A stretch of DNA of 64,000 nt, taken from assembly GCA_963842945.1 (NCBI GenBank), contig CAWJIM010000023.1, positions 448,001-512,000 on the forward strand. The letters run 5' to 3'. The position numbers and the translations under genes are program-made. The stretch is from an uncultured Gemmatimonadales bacterium (lineage in GTDB: Bacteria > Gemmatimonadota > Gemmatimonadetes > Gemmatimonadales > GWC2-71-9). Below the pieces are notes generated by a model. That model was not told the origin of the DNA. It saw only the letters and a program-made list of their open reading frames with translations, and ran no database searches. Below, one piece after another: positions 10,346-22,600 of the stretch. Positions within the stretch are counted from its first letter, which is position 1. Each line of letters starts with the position of its first letter.

Positions 10346-11368
10346 GTGCCCGACGCCGTTTCACCGCCCAATATTCTCGCCGTACGTTTCAGCTCCATCG
10401 GCGACGTGCTGCTTACCACGCCGCTGCTGCGCGCTTTGAAATCCCGCTACCCGTCGGCCCGGATCACCTTTCTTACCAAGGATCCATACGTTCCCCTCCT
10501 GAGTGCTAACCCGCATGTCAGCGAAGTGATCGGGATAACCCGCCAGCGTGGTCTGAGTGACCTGGCCGCAGAGCTCCGGCAACACCGCTTCACCCATCTG
10601 CTGGACCTCCACGACAGCTTGCGCTCCCGAGCGCTCCGGCTCCTGGTGCCGGGCAACTGGACGAGCTACCCGAAACACCGAATTGCACGTGCCATCCTGA
10701 TTCACACCAAGCGCAATGTGTACCGGGATTCTCGGCCGGTGGCCGAACGATACTTCTCGGCAGCCCGTGAGCTGGAGGTAAAGCCGGATGGCGGTCCACC
10801 TGATCTGTTCTGGGATTCGGCCGCGGAGCGGATGGTACTCGGATGGTTCCATCAGGCGGGTGTTCCCGAGATGACCCGTCCGGTTGCCCTCGCTCCGGGA
10901 GCAGCCCACGCCACCAAGCGCTGGCCCGTGGAGCACTGGCGAGATCTGACCCGCCACCTGGTCGAGCAGGGATGCCAGGTGATAGTGATTGGTGGACCCG
11001 ACGACGCGTCGCTGGGTTCCGATCTTGCTCGTGTGGCTCCGCACCAGGTGCTCAATGCAGTGGGGCAGTTCCAGCTCCAGGAGACTGGAGCTCTGCTCCA
11101 GCGAGCGTCCGTGGTGGTCTCCGGCGATACCGGGGTGATGCACATGGCCACTGCGGTAGGCACTCCCGTCGTGGCCCTCTTCGGGCCTACGGTCCAGCCA
11201 TTCGGATTCTTTCCCTACAGCAAGCGGGCACGCGTGCTGGAGCTGACCCTGGGTTGCCGACCGTGCACCAGCAAGGGTGGCTCCCGCTGTCCTCTGGGCC
11301 ATCATCGTTGTCTGCGGGATATCACTCCGGAATTGGTGCACGAGGCGCTATGCCGGACCGTGTTGTAA
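10346..11368 (+). CDS. waaF: LPS heptosyltransferase, GT9 (WaaF/WaaC-like)
   Basis: RFSSIGDVLLTTP, APGAAHATKRWP, GDTGVMHMATAVGTPVVALFGPT. Confidence 0.85.
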   Translation: MPDAVSPPNILAVRFSSIGDVLLTTPLLRALKSRYPSARITFLTKDPYVPLLSANPHVSEVIGITRQRGLSDLAAELRQHRFTHLLDLHDSLRSRALRLLVPGNWTSYPKHRIARAILIHTKRNVYRDSRPVAERYFSAARELEVKPDGGPPDLFWDSAAERMVLGWFHQAGVPEMTRPVALAPGAAHATKRWPVEHWRDLTRHLVEQGCQVIVIGGPDDASLGSDLARVAPHQVLNAVGQFQLQETGALLQRASVVVSGDTGVMHMATAVGTPVVALFGPTVQPFGFFPYSKRARVLELTLGCRPCTSKGGSRCPLGHHRCLRDITPELVHEALCRTVL

Positions 11369-11751
11369 ATGGATGGGACCCGGCAGCCGTCGCGTTGCTT
11401 TCGCTGCTGACCCAGACCGGACGCGGGCCCAAGCGCGGCGGGCTATTTGCGTTGTGGCTCACCCTCAGGGTGGCCCAGGATCTCCTGGTGGATGGGGCTT
11501 GGCAGGAACGGGCCCAACGCCGCCGGGTTCAGGCTCTGGAGCGACGGCTCTCGAGCCTGGCGATGCCCTCTCCGCTACGGCGCGCACTAGTGGCAGCGGT
11601 GGGCCAGCTGCGGGAGCTCCGGCCGGAGACTGTTCCCCAGATCCTGAGTCAGCTGGTTGCGCCGGCGCGGGAGACCGAAGGCTCCGAGGCCGCGGAGGCT
11701 CTTACTTTGGCAGTGCGCCGGGCCAAGCAGCAGATCAGAGGCGAGACTTAA
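11350..11751 (+). CDS. Hypothetical helical protein (133 aa)
   Basis: 3' part of ORF 10843..11751 from ATG 11350; fills the gap between waaF and the DnaB-like gene. Confidence 0.65.
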   Translation: MPDRVVNGWDPAAVALLSLLTQTGRGPKRGGLFALWLTLRVAQDLLVDGAWQERAQRRRVQALERRLSSLAMPSPLRRALVAAVGQLRELRPETVPQILSQLVAPARETEGSEAAEALTLAVRRAKQQIRGET

Positions 11752-11753
11752 CC

Positions 11754-12630
11754 ATGCGGCGTCCCTCAAAACACTCCGCCCGCGGATCGGATTCGATGCT
11801 GGAAGAGCTGGTGACCCAGATCGATCAACGCTCGGGCCAAAGCCTCCCAGCCGACACTGTCCCCACCGGCTTTCCTTCACTCGATAAGGTGCTGGCCGGG
11901 GGTCTTCGGCAAAAAGACCTCATCGTGCTGGCCGGCGATGTCGGCAGCGGGAAGTCGGCGCTGGCTCTGGAAATCGGGATCCGCGCCGCAGCCGCGCAGG
12001 TACCGACGTTGTACCTGTCGGGCGAAATGAGTCCCGATCGCGTGCTCGAGCGGGCTCTGGCAATCGAAGGCCGCAGCAGCATCGATGACTTACGGCAGGG
12101 GCGCCTGGATGATTCGGGCCGGGCCGCGGTCGGGGCGGCAGCGCTGCGACTGCGGAATGCCCCGCTCCTGGTGCGGCCGCTGCTGGGCTCCAGCTTCGAT
12201 GAAGTCGCGGTTGGCCATTGATATCGTGCCGCGGCGTCGTCTACTGATCGTAGACTCGCTTCAGCTCACTACGCCGCCCCGCTCGGCCGCCAGGCTTCAG
12301 GAACGGGTGGCGCTAGCGGTTCGAGCCTTGAAGGCGCTCGCAGTGGAATGGGATCTGGCGGTAGTGGTTACAGCCCAGCTTCCGGGACACCGGGCCAGCC
12401 GTCCCGATCCCCGCCCTACCCTCGACGACCTCGGCGGATTCGGTGCGGTCAAGCAGAATGCTGATGTAGTCCTGATGATCTATCGGGAGGAGATGTACCG
12501 CCCGGGTCAGGGAGTTGAGGGTGCAGCGGAGCTCATTGTCGCCAAAAATCGCAACGGGTCGCCCGGGTTTGTTGACCTCTACTTCTATCCGCGGTGGCTC
12601 CGGTTCGTGGACATGCTCGACCCCGATTGA
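11754..12630 (+). CDS. DnaB-like helicase C-terminal domain protein, indel near 12210
   Basis: VPTGFPSLD, GDVGSGKS, GEMS in one frame; IVDSLQL, TAQL, ADVVLMIYREEMY, AELIVAKNRNG in the next frame. Confidence 0.85.
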
Positions 12631-12646
12631 TTCTCGAGGAGCGCCC

Positions 12647-13097
12647 CTAGCTTCGCGGCTTCTTGCTGCTGGAGCTATCCGCTTTTGGGTGCGCCGCCGT
12701 CGAGTCCTTCTCCAGAGCGGCACCGGTCAGCTGAACCATGGTGCCCGAACGGTCGCTAGCCCGCCAGATCCTCACCCACAGCGGTGGGCCATCGTGCTCC
12801 GCGTACAGCGCGGTAACCCCATCCTTCCCCTTGATGTCACTGACCAGCCGCCACTCTCCCTTACTGAGCAGGTTGCGATAGTAGTGAGTGACCTGGCTGT
12901 CGTCGGCCGGCGTGTGGATGGTCAGCTGAATGGCCCCCGCTCCGCCAACCTGCGAGACCAGCTCCGGATTGGGCGGAAGAGGAAGAGAGGAGAAAGCGTC
13001 TTGGAAGGCAGGAGGCTTTGGCTTGCGCGATTCGGACTCGCAGGCGAGCAACAACACTACGCAATGCGACCGAAAACAGGAGTCGTGTTTTGGGCAT
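12647..13097 (-). CDS. Hypothetical lipoprotein, indel near 13062
   Basis: MPKTRLLFSVA joins VVLLLAC (lipobox) after a one-base correction; mature part ends in a Lys/Ser-rich tail. Confidence 0.65.
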
Positions 13098-13126
13098 AGA
13101 GGGGTGAGACTAGTGGAGTGAATTCG

Positions 13127-13155
13127 TTGCCGCAAGCGGGTGCGCCGCTTATGTT
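13127..13155 (+). promoter_or_regulatory. Putative sigma70-type promoter of the yebC-ruv operon
   Basis: TTGCCG-N17-TATGTT upstream of the AAGGAG RBS of yebC. Confidence 0.5.
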
Positions 13156-13213
13156 TCCCTAGCCGCACCGCTTTCCGCAACCTCCCATCCGCTGTTTCGA
13201 AGGAGTTCGGCTC

Positions 13214-13963
13214 ATGGCCGGCCATAGCAAGTGGAAGCAGATCAAACGGAAGAAGGCGATCACCGACGCCAAGCGGGCCTCGTCCTGGACTAAGGTGATC
13301 CGGGAGATCACCGTGGCGGCCCGAAGTGGCGGGGGCGATCCGGGAGGGAACCCTCGGCTGCGGACGGCAATCGATGCGGCCAAGGCGGTCAACATGCCGG
13401 GGGAGAACATCGACCGCGCCATCAAGAAAGGCACCGGCGAGCTGGAGGGAAGCGTCTACGAGGAGCTGACCTACGAAGGTTATGGCCCGGGAGGCGCGGC
13501 CATTTTCATCGAGGCCACTACCGACAATCCCAACCGGACAGTGGCGGAAATCCGTCACGCCTTCAGCCGGAACGGTGGAAATCTGGGGGCCACGAATTCC
13601 GTGGCTTGGATGTTCGACCGCAAGGGCCAGATCTATCTCGACGCTGCTCGGCACGATGAAGACGGTGCCCTTGAGGCGGCGCTGGAGAGCGGCGCTGAAG
13701 ATTTCGTCCGCGAAGGCGATCAGTACATCGTTACCACCACTCCATCACAGCTCCACGCCGTCCAGGACGCCCTGCGCAGCCGTGGGTTCACCTTTGATTC
13801 GGCCGAGCTGGCGATGGTTCCCCGCAACACGGTTCGCGTGGAAGGAGCCGACGCCGAGCGTATGGTACGGCTCATGGACGTGCTCGAAGAGCTGGATGAC
13901 GTTTCCAAGGTTTTCTCCAACTTCGATATCGACGCAGCCCAGCTGGCCGAGGCGGAAGCCTGA
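13214..13963 (+). CDS. yebC: YebC/PmpR family protein
   Basis: MAGHSKWKQIKRKK, YEGYGPGG, TDNPNRT. Confidence 0.97.
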   Translation: MAGHSKWKQIKRKKAITDAKRASSWTKVIREITVAARSGGGDPGGNPRLRTAIDAAKAVNMPGENIDRAIKKGTGELEGSVYEELTYEGYGPGGAAIFIEATTDNPNRTVAEIRHAFSRNGGNLGATNSVAWMFDRKGQIYLDAARHDEDGALEAALESGAEDFVREGDQYIVTTTPSQLHAVQDALRSRGFTFDSAELAMVPRNTVRVEGADAERMVRLMDVLEELDDVSKVFSNFDIDAAQLAEAEA

Positions 13964-13973
13964 GGGCACCCCG

Positions 13974-14486
13974 GTGAGGGTGCTCGGCATCGATCCGGGA
14001 ACTGCGGTGCTGGGGTATGGGGTGGTCGATGGCGGATCGGGCCGACATCCCGTGCTGGTCGAGTGCGGCACCCTGACGGCCCCCTCCCGAGCGCCGCTAC
14101 CGGTCCGCCTTCGCGTGCTCTATGAGGGCGTCAGTGAGCTGCTCAGCCGCCACACTCCTGGAGCATTGGCGGTCGAAAGCGCCTTTTACGGGCGCAACGT
14201 TCGCACCGCTGTGGTATTGAGTCATGCGCGCGGAGTGATCCTGCTGGCCGGCGAGCTCGCCAGGGTGGATCTCGCGGAGTACTCTCCGGCCTCGGTCAAG
14301 AAAGCCATTGTCGGACGAGGCGCCGCCCTGAAGCCCCAAGTGGGCTACATGGTGGCGCAGCTCCTTCGACTGAGCGCCCCCCCGTCCCCGGAAGACGCAG
14401 CCGACGCCGTCGCCGTGGCTCTTACCCACCTCATGATCGGCACCCGCCGTGCTCTGTTCGCGCCGCAGGTGGCGAGCCGCCTGTGA
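13974..14486 (+). CDS. ruvC: Holliday junction resolvase RuvC
   Basis: VLGIDPG, AVESAF, EDAADAVAVA; GTG start at 13974. Confidence 0.95.
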   Translation: MRVLGIDPGTAVLGYGVVDGGSGRHPVLVECGTLTAPSRAPLPVRLRVLYEGVSELLSRHTPGALAVESAFYGRNVRTAVVLSHARGVILLAGELARVDLAEYSPASVKKAIVGRGAALKPQVGYMVAQLLRLSAPPSPEDAADAVAVALTHLMIGTRRALFAPQVASRL

Positions 14487-15082
14487 TCGCCACGTTGACC
14501 GGGGTCGTGGCTGAGCGCGATGGCGAATCGCTCGTGGTTCAAACCGATGGAGGTGTAGGCTACGCCGTGAGCGTGCCGGTCGGCGTGGCGCAACGCCTGC
14601 CGTCCCGAGGCGCGCGTGTGAGTCTCTTCACCGAGCTGGTGGTGAAAGAAGACGGCTGGTCGTTGTACGGTTTCGATAGCTCAGTGGAACGGCTGGTGTT
14701 CCGCCATCTTTTGAGCGCCAGTGGATTCGGGCCCAAGCTCGCCCTTGCCCTCCTTTCAGCGCTCGGTCCCGAACGCACGGTTCGCAGCATCCAGGCCCGG
14801 GACCTGTCCACGCTCAGCTCGGTGAGTGGCATCGGGCGCAAAAAGGCGGAACGGTTGGTGCTCGAGCTGCAGGATCGATTCAGCGATGTGGTGGTCGAAA
14901 CGAAGCTCCCCCGAGTTGAAGGTTCGGAGGATGCAGTGCGGGCACTGGTGGGGCTCGGCTACGGCATGGCGGCGGCCGACGATGCAGTGCGTACCGCGTT
15001 GGCCGAAGGAGTGCCCCGGGAAACGCCTCAGCTCATTCGTCGGGCACTGCAGCAACTGACTCCTTCTCGGGGAGGCGTATAA
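14483..15082 (+). CDS. ruvA: Holliday junction DNA-binding protein RuvA
   Basis: GGVGY, LYGF, GFGPKLAL, GIGRKKAERLVLEL. Confidence 0.96.
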   Translation: MIATLTGVVAERDGESLVVQTDGGVGYAVSVPVGVAQRLPSRGARVSLFTELVVKEDGWSLYGFDSSVERLVFRHLLSASGFGPKLALALLSALGPERTVRSIQARDLSTLSSVSGIGRKKAERLVLELQDRFSDVVVETKLPRVEGSEDAVRALVGLGYGMAAADDAVRTALAEGVPRETPQLIRRALQQLTPSRGGV

Positions 15083-15084
15083 GC

Positions 15085-15261
15085 ATGGTGACTCCGGCCA
15101 CGACGGCCGAATGGATCTGCACCCGTTGCGGTGCGACCAATCGGAAGCTGGTCCCGCTCCGGACAACGCAGACCGCGGACCGATGCGTCACGTGTCACGC
15201 CGAACACGTGGTGGAGCTCGACAGCCGTCCGGTTCGGTGGCGGGCGCGTTTAGAAGAGTGA
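15085..15261 (+). CDS. 58-aa CxxC-x18-CxxC zinc-ribbon miniprotein (not in ORF track)
   Basis: Hand translation: [63 protein letters not shown] at 15071-15075; fills the ruvA-ruvB gap. Confidence 0.8.
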   Translation: MVTPATTAEWICTRCGATNRKLVPLRTTQTADRCVTCHAEHVVELDSRPVRWRARLEE

Positions 15262-15280
15262 GCGCTTACGTTTCTCTGCT

Positions 15281-16306
15281 ATGACCCGACTTCAGATCAC
15301 CACTCCCGAAGCAATACCCGAGGAAAGCAGCGCCGACGCGGCCCTCAGGCCCTCGCGGCTGGATGAGTTCGTGGGTCAGAGCCAGGTCAAGGCCTCGCTC
15401 CAGATCGCCATCGATGCCGCGAAGAAGCGCCGGGAAACCCTCGACCATACCCTGTTCTTCGGGCCGCCTGGCCTGGGCAAGACCACGCTGGCGATGTTGA
15501 TGGCCCGGGAAATGGGGGTACAACTTCGGACCACCTCCGGTCCCGTACTGGAGAAGCCAGGCGATCTGGTTGGCTTGCTCACCTCGCTCACTGCCGGTGA
15601 CATGCTGTTCATCGACGAGATTCACCGTCTGCGGCCGGCGCTCGAAGAGTTTCTCTACGCCGCCATGGAGGACTTCCGGATCGACGTACGGATCGCCGAG
15701 GGCCCCAACGCCCAGACGATTCCGATGACACTGGAGAAGTTCACCCTCATCGGCGCGACTACCCGCTTCGGCTTGCTGACGCCGCCCATGCGAGCCCGAT
15801 TTGGGATCGTCGAACGGTTGAGCTTCTACCCCGCCGATGAGCTCCGCCAGATCGTCACCCGCTCGGCCGCGATTCTGGGCGTGCCGATGGAGCCGGCTGG
15901 GGCCGATGAGATCGCCCGCAGGAGTCGGGGAACACCGCGCGTCGCCAACCGCCTCCTGCGCCGAGTCAGGGACTACGCGGAGGTCAAGGCAGACGGCACC
16001 ATCACCTCTGACGTTGCCGTTTCGGCCCTCGCGCGGCTCAACGTGGATGAATTCGGGTTGGACGACATGGACGCCCGGATTCTCAGCACCATCATCGAGA
16101 AGTTCAGCGGCGGACCGGTAGGGCTAGGCACCGTGGCTGTGGCCGTGGGCGAAGATGCCGGGACGCTGCAGGATGTCTACGAGCCCTATCTGATTCAGCA
16201 GGGCTTCCTCGAGCGCACCCCTCGCGGACGGTGCGCCACCGCGCTGGCCTACCGCCGGTTCGGACTCAAGCCGCCCGCAGTCCAAGCGACCATCTTTGAC
16301 GGCTGA
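15281..16306 (+). CDS. ruvB: Holliday junction branch migration helicase RuvB
   Basis: [40 protein letters not shown]. Confidence 0.98.
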   Translation: MTRLQITTPEAIPEESSADAALRPSRLDEFVGQSQVKASLQIAIDAAKKRRETLDHTLFFGPPGLGKTTLAMLMAREMGVQLRTTSGPVLEKPGDLVGLLTSLTAGDMLFIDEIHRLRPALEEFLYAAMEDFRIDVRIAEGPNAQTIPMTLEKFTLIGATTRFGLLTPPMRARFGIVERLSFYPADELRQIVTRSAAILGVPMEPAGADEIARRSRGTPRVANRLLRRVRDYAEVKADGTITSDVAVSALARLNVDEFGLDDMDARILSTIIEKFSGGPVGLGTVAVAVGEDAGTLQDVYEPYLIQQGFLERTPRGRCATALAYRRFGLKPPAVQATIFDG

Positions 16307-17342
16307 GCAGCTCCAGACCTCCGATTTCGATTACCACCTTCCGACCGAGCTGATCGCCCAGAAACCATCGTCCGACCGGGGGGGAAGTCGGCTTCTGGTC
16401 GTCCGACGTGCGGCCGGCAACCAGGCTGCGCTCGAGGACGCCCGGTTTGCCGACCTTCCCCGTCTTCTCTCCCCCGGCGATCTGCTGGTGCTCAATACCA
16501 CCCGGGTGCGGCATGCTCGGCTGCTGGGCACGCGTCGGTCCGGCGCGCCCGCGGAAATTCTGCTGATTCATCCGGGACCGGCAGATACCTGGATCGCGAT
16601 GGGAAAACCGGGGGCTGCGCTGCGGCCAGGCAAACGGGTGCAACTCGGAGAGGACGCAGCGGTGGAGACGGTGGAGGTACTCGGCGATGGAAACCGGCTG
16701 GTGCGGTTCGTGGGGCTGTCTGCGGATGAAGCCATGGCGCGTTACGGCCGGTTGCCGCTCCCGCCATATATCCAGCGCGCTCCAGATCAGGAAGATGAAG
16801 TCCGCTATCAGACGGTCTACGCCCAGGCGGAAGGAAGTGTTGCCGCTCCCACGGCCGGACTCCATTTCACACCCTCTCTGCTTCAGAGTCTCCGCTCGGC
16901 CGGCGTTCTGATCGAAGGCCTGGACCTGCAGGTTGGGCCCGGCACCTTCAAGCCGGTGGAGGTGGAAGACCCCGAGCAGCACGAGATGCACCCGGAGCGC
17001 TACGAGATCGGCGCCAGGCTCGCCGATTGTGTCGCGCGGGTGCGCGCGCAGGGTGGCCGAGTCTGGGCGGTCGGTACCACCGTCGTTCGTGCCCTCGAGA
17101 GCGCGGCGCTGTCCGACGATACGCTGCGGGCCGGCAGCGCCGAAACGAGGCTCATGATCCTGCCGGGCTATACCTTTCGCGTGGTCGACCGGCTGCTCAC
17201 CAACTTTCATCTGCCTCGATCAACCTTGCTGATGTTGGTGTCCGCGTTTGCCGGTCGCGAGCGCACCCTTGCGGCATATCGCCATGCTGTGGCGCAGCGG
17301 TACCGCTTCTATTCGTATGGCGACGCGATGGTGATCATCTGA
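16296..17342 (+). CDS. queA: SAM:tRNA ribosyltransferase-isomerase QueA
   Basis: [40 protein letters not shown]. Confidence 0.97.
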   Translation: MTAEQLQTSDFDYHLPTELIAQKPSSDRGGSRLLVVRRAAGNQAALEDARFADLPRLLSPGDLLVLNTTRVRHARLLGTRRSGAPAEILLIHPGPADTWIAMGKPGAALRPGKRVQLGEDAAVETVEVLGDGNRLVRFVGLSADEAMARYGRLPLPPYIQRAPDQEDEVRYQTVYAQAEGSVAAPTAGLHFTPSLLQSLRSAGVLIEGLDLQVGPGTFKPVEVEDPEQHEMHPERYEIGARLADCVARVRAQGGRVWAVGTTVVRALESAALSDDTLRAGSAETRLMILPGYTFRVVDRLLTNFHLPRSTLLMLVSAFAGRERTLAAYRHAVAQRYRFYSYGDAMVII

Positions 17343-17355
17343 TGCGGAGCCCTCG

Positions 17356-19108
<1,753 letters not shown>

Positions 19109-19109
<1 letters not shown>

Positions 19110-19435
19110 TGTTACAGACCGGGTCCGGCAGCGGACTTTCCGTCCTCGTCCTTCAGATGGCAGCTATCGGTCTGGTGTTCTACTTCCTGATCCTGCGTCC
19201 GTCGGGACAGGCCCGAAAGCGCCACGCCGAGCTGCTGACCAAGCTCAAGAAGGGCGACGAGGTAATGACCAGCGGAGGGATCATTGGCCGGGTTCGGGAG
19301 ATCAAGGAGATCGAGGCGGACGGCCTCAAGGAAGTGCGGGTGACGGTCGAGAGCGGCACCGCAACCGTTGTGGTGGAGCGGTCGCGCATCGTCCGGGTGG
19401 GCAACAGCGCGGCTGCCGCAGGGCCGGCCGCGTGA
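19109..19435 (+). CDS. yajC: Preprotein translocase subunit YajC
   Basis: One TM helix then FYFLILRP, LKKGDEVMTSGGIIG; follows tgt. Confidence 0.93.
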
Positions 19436-19968
19436 GTCTGCGGCAACTGCACCTCCTCGGCTCACCGGTGCTGCGGCAGCATAGCGAGATCGTGCCGTCG
19501 ATAGATGAGGACGTACGCCGCCTTATTGCCGATATGTTCGAGACCATGGATGCCGCCAAGGGCATCGGACTGGCGGCCAATCAGGTCGGTGTCGCCCGCC
19601 GAGTGGCGGTGGTGGACGTAGACGATGATCGGTTCGTCATGGTGAATCCCCGCATTGTGGAGACCGAGGGGCGGGCATCCGCCGAGGAGGGCTGCCTCTC
19701 GATTCCGGAGATTTATGGCGATGTCACCCGGCCGGACCGGGTGGTGGTCGAGGCGCTGGACGACGAGGGACGGCCCTACCGGAAGGAAGCCACCGGGCTG
19801 AAGGCCCGAGCCATTCAGCATGAGATCGACCATCTGGATGGGATCCTCTTTCTCGACCACCTGAGTTTGGTGAGGCGGCAAATGCTGCTCGCCAAGTGGC
19901 GACGCGAGCACAAGGACGACGCGGGATTCACGAAGGAGGTCACCGGAGCGTCTCTCCGGTCGGAGTGA
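19432..19968 (+). CDS. def: Peptide deformylase
   Basis: GIGLAANQ, EGCLS, QHEIDHLDG. Confidence 0.97.
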   Translation: MSLRQLHLLGSPVLRQHSEIVPSIDEDVRRLIADMFETMDAAKGIGLAANQVGVARRVAVVDVDDDRFVMVNPRIVETEGRASAEEGCLSIPEIYGDVTRPDRVVVEALDDEGRPYRKEATGLKARAIQHEIDHLDGILFLDHLSLVRRQMLLAKWRREHKDDAGFTKEVTGASLRSE

Positions 19969-20891
19969 TGCGGATCGTCTTCTTTGGGACGCCGGAGTTT
20001 GCCCTGGCATCCCTCCGGGCGCTGCTCCAGAGCCGCTTCGAGGTCGCCGGTGTGGTCACCCAACCTGACAAGCCCCAGGGACGCTCCCGTTCTGAGCTCG
20101 TACCCCCTCCCGTGAAAGTTGTAGCACAATCCGAAGGCCTTCCCGTGCTGCAACCGGTTCGGCCGACGGGCGATGTTTTTACCGCCAGTCTTCGCCGGCT
20201 GGAGCCTGAGCTCGGCGTCGTGGTCGCGTATGGTCATATCCTCCGACCCGAGATCCTGGCCCTACCGCCGCGAGGGATGATCAACGTGCACGCCTCGCTG
20301 CTGCCTCGGTTCCGAGGAGCAGCTCCGGTGCAGCACGCCATCTTGAAAGGGGAGACCGAGACCGGGGTCAGTATCATGCAAATGGAGGCAGGCCTCGACA
20401 GTGGTCCCGTCCTGCACCACGTCGGCGCTGCGATTGAACCCGGTGAGACCGCGGGCTCGCTTTCCGTCCGCTTGGCCGACCTCGGAGCCACGGCGCTGAT
20501 CGAAGCCTTGTCCCTGATGTCCGCTGGCCTTGCCCGTCCACAGCCACAGGATCCCACCCGCGCGACGTTCGCGCCGAAAATTGACCGGGACATGGCCCGG
20601 CTCTCCTGGGCCATGGACGCGACGACGCTGGTGCGCCAGATTCGCGCCTTCGACCCGGCACCCGGAGCTTGGACATCGCTGAATGGGTGCTCCCTCAAGT
20701 TGTTTGGCGCGCGCGAGGGGCCAGGAACCGGAGAGCCTGGAACCGTTCTCGCAGCGGGAGAACGGCTCGTGGTTGCGGCCGGACGGGGAGCCGTGGCGGT
20801 GCAGGAGGTTCAGCCTGCTGGGCGGGGCCGGCTTGCAGTGGATGCCTGGGTCCGGGGCCGTGGAGTGTCACCGGGCCAGCGTCTCGAATGA
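19968..20891 (+). CDS. fmt: Methionyl-tRNA formyltransferase
   Basis: MRIVFFGTPEFA, INVHASLLPRFRGAAP, GLDSG. Confidence 0.97.
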   Translation: MRIVFFGTPEFALASLRALLQSRFEVAGVVTQPDKPQGRSRSELVPPPVKVVAQSEGLPVLQPVRPTGDVFTASLRRLEPELGVVVAYGHILRPEILALPPRGMINVHASLLPRFRGAAPVQHAILKGETETGVSIMQMEAGLDSGPVLHHVGAAIEPGETAGSLSVRLADLGATALIEALSLMSAGLARPQPQDPTRATFAPKIDRDMARLSWAMDATTLVRQIRAFDPAPGAWTSLNGCSLKLFGAREGPGTGEPGTVLAAGERLVVAAGRGAVAVQEVQPAGRGRLAVDAWVRGRGVSPGQRLE

Positions 20892-21512
20892 GACCATTGC
20901 CGCGGGTGCATGCCTACACTAACGCCGAGTTGCTGTCCCACCCCGATTTGGGCATCCGGGCGGCGGCCATCGCAGCCGGCGGATCGGCTGTGGCCTTGCA
21001 CGCCCGGGCCAGGGGTGAGAGTGCGGCCTTTCTCATTGCGGCTGCGCGCCGGCTGCTGGCGCTGTCGCGGCCCCCGAAGCGGCCGTGCTGATAAGCGGAA
21101 GACCCGATATCGCCGCCGGGGTGGGCGCCCAAGGCGTGCAGCTGGGGCGCGATGATATCAGCCCTGCCGATGCTCGCCGGGTACTGACGCAAGGCTGGAT
21201 CGGACGTTCGGTTCACAGCAGGGAGGAGGCCGCTATCGCGGTTGGGGAAGGCGCAGATTTCCTCGTGCTCGGGAGCATCTATCCCACTACCTCCCATCCT
21301 GGCGGAGCCGGGCGCGGGGCCGGATCTGGTGCGCCAGGTCATCGAGTCTGGAAGTGCCGGTCATCGCCATCGGAGGCATCACGCCCGAGCGGGCCTGGGA
21401 GGTGCATTCCGCCGGGGCCTATGGTGTCGCCGCCATCACTGCCCTGTGGAATGCTTCAGATCCAGCCGCGGCGACACTCGCTCTGCTGGAACCCTGGGTC
21501 AACCAGCCATGA
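20888..21512 (+). CDS. thiE: Thiamine phosphate synthase (ThiE/TenI family), about three indels
   Basis: Pieces in different frames: LISGRPDIA, GVQLG, GRSVHS, GSIYPTTSHP, PVIAIGGI, GVAAITALW; upstream of thiS-thiG. Confidence 0.8.
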
Positions 21513-21718
21513 ACGAAATGGACATCATCCTCAACGGTGAACCGCGCCGGGTGCCGAGGCCCTCCAGCTTGGCCGACCTGCTGCAGCACCTCGATCTGGA
21601 CCCTCGTACGGTGGTGGTCGAGCTCAACCGCTCCATCGTTCGTCGAGCCAATTTGACTGCCACGCCGCTTGCCCCGGGAGACAGCGTCGAGCTGGTGCAC
21701 TTCGTCGGCGGGGGGTGA
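21509..21718 (+). CDS. thiS: Sulfur carrier protein ThiS
   Basis: ILNGE, VVELN, C-terminal ELVHFVGGG. Confidence 0.95.
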   Translation: MNEMDIILNGEPRRVPRPSSLADLLQHLDLDPRTVVVELNRSIVRRANLTATPLAPGDSVELVHFVGGG

Positions 21719-21770
21719 CGCGCCCCCCGGTTATCTTTCGGGTATCGCCGCGCAACCAAGGACGCCTCAG

Positions 21771-22574
21771 ATGACCAGTACGATCTCCGCCCCATCCGCC
21801 ACCGACCTTCCTCTCACCATTGGCGGACGCACCTTCCGATCTCGCTTGATGGTGGGCACCGGCAAGTACCGGGACAATCGGGTGATGGCCCGCGCCATCG
21901 AAGCCTCGGGCGCCGAAATCGTCACCGTGGCGGTGCGCCGGGTAGACCTCGACCGCACCAAAGAAGAAGGGATGCTCTACCACCTCTCCAGCGAGGAATA
22001 CTTCCTCCTGGCCAACACTGCCGGCTGCTACTCGGCCGACGAGGCAGTGCGTTACGCCCGGCTGGCCCGGGAAGCCGGATTCAACGAGTTCATCAAGCTC
22101 GAGGTCATCGGCGACCGGGAGACCCTGCTTCCCGACACCGAGGGGTTGCTCAGCGCCGCCAGCACACTGGTCAAGGAAGGTTTTGCGGTGCTGGCCTACA
22201 CCAATGACGACCTGATTACGGCGCTGCGGCTGGAAGATGCCGGCTGTGCCGCGGTCATGCCGCTGGCCTCTCCCATCGGGAGTGGTCTCGGTCTGCTGAA
22301 TCCGTACGGCATCAGGACCATCAAGCGGCGGCTCTCAGTGCCGGTGATCGTCGATGCCGGCGTCGGGACCGCATCAGATGCGTGCCTGACCATGGAGCAA
22401 GGAGTGGACGGCATTCTGATGAACACGGCGTTGGCCGAGGCGGAGGACCCCGTCTCCATGGCCACCGCAATGCGTTATGCTGTCGAAGCCGGCCGTTTGG
22501 CCTTTCTCGCCGGGCGCATGCCTCGCCGGGAGATCGCGATGCCCTCGAGTCCCACTCGCGGAATGCTGGAGTAG
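21771..22574 (+). CDS. thiG: Thiazole synthase ThiG
   Basis: [41 protein letters not shown]. Confidence 0.97.
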   Translation: MTSTISAPSATDLPLTIGGRTFRSRLMVGTGKYRDNRVMARAIEASGAEIVTVAVRRVDLDRTKEEGMLYHLSSEEYFLLANTAGCYSADEAVRYARLAREAGFNEFIKLEVIGDRETLLPDTEGLLSAASTLVKEGFAVLAYTNDDLITALRLEDAGCAAVMPLASPIGSGLGLLNPYGIRTIKRRLSVPVIVDAGVGTASDACLTMEQGVDGILMNTALAEAEDPVSMATAMRYAVEAGRLAFLAGRMPRREIAMPSSPTRGMLE

Positions 22575-22600
22575 CTCGGCTGTCTCCCGTGGTGAATGCA

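Noticed and set aside
12190..12225. Programmed ribosomal frameshift in the DnaB-like gene (and other split genes)
   Set aside because: No slippery heptamer at the junction, and similar indels are scattered across unrelated genes, which fits assembly error.
15085..15261. CVTCH as a c-type heme motif
   Set aside because: No signal peptide, and a second CxxC pair fits a zinc ribbon better.
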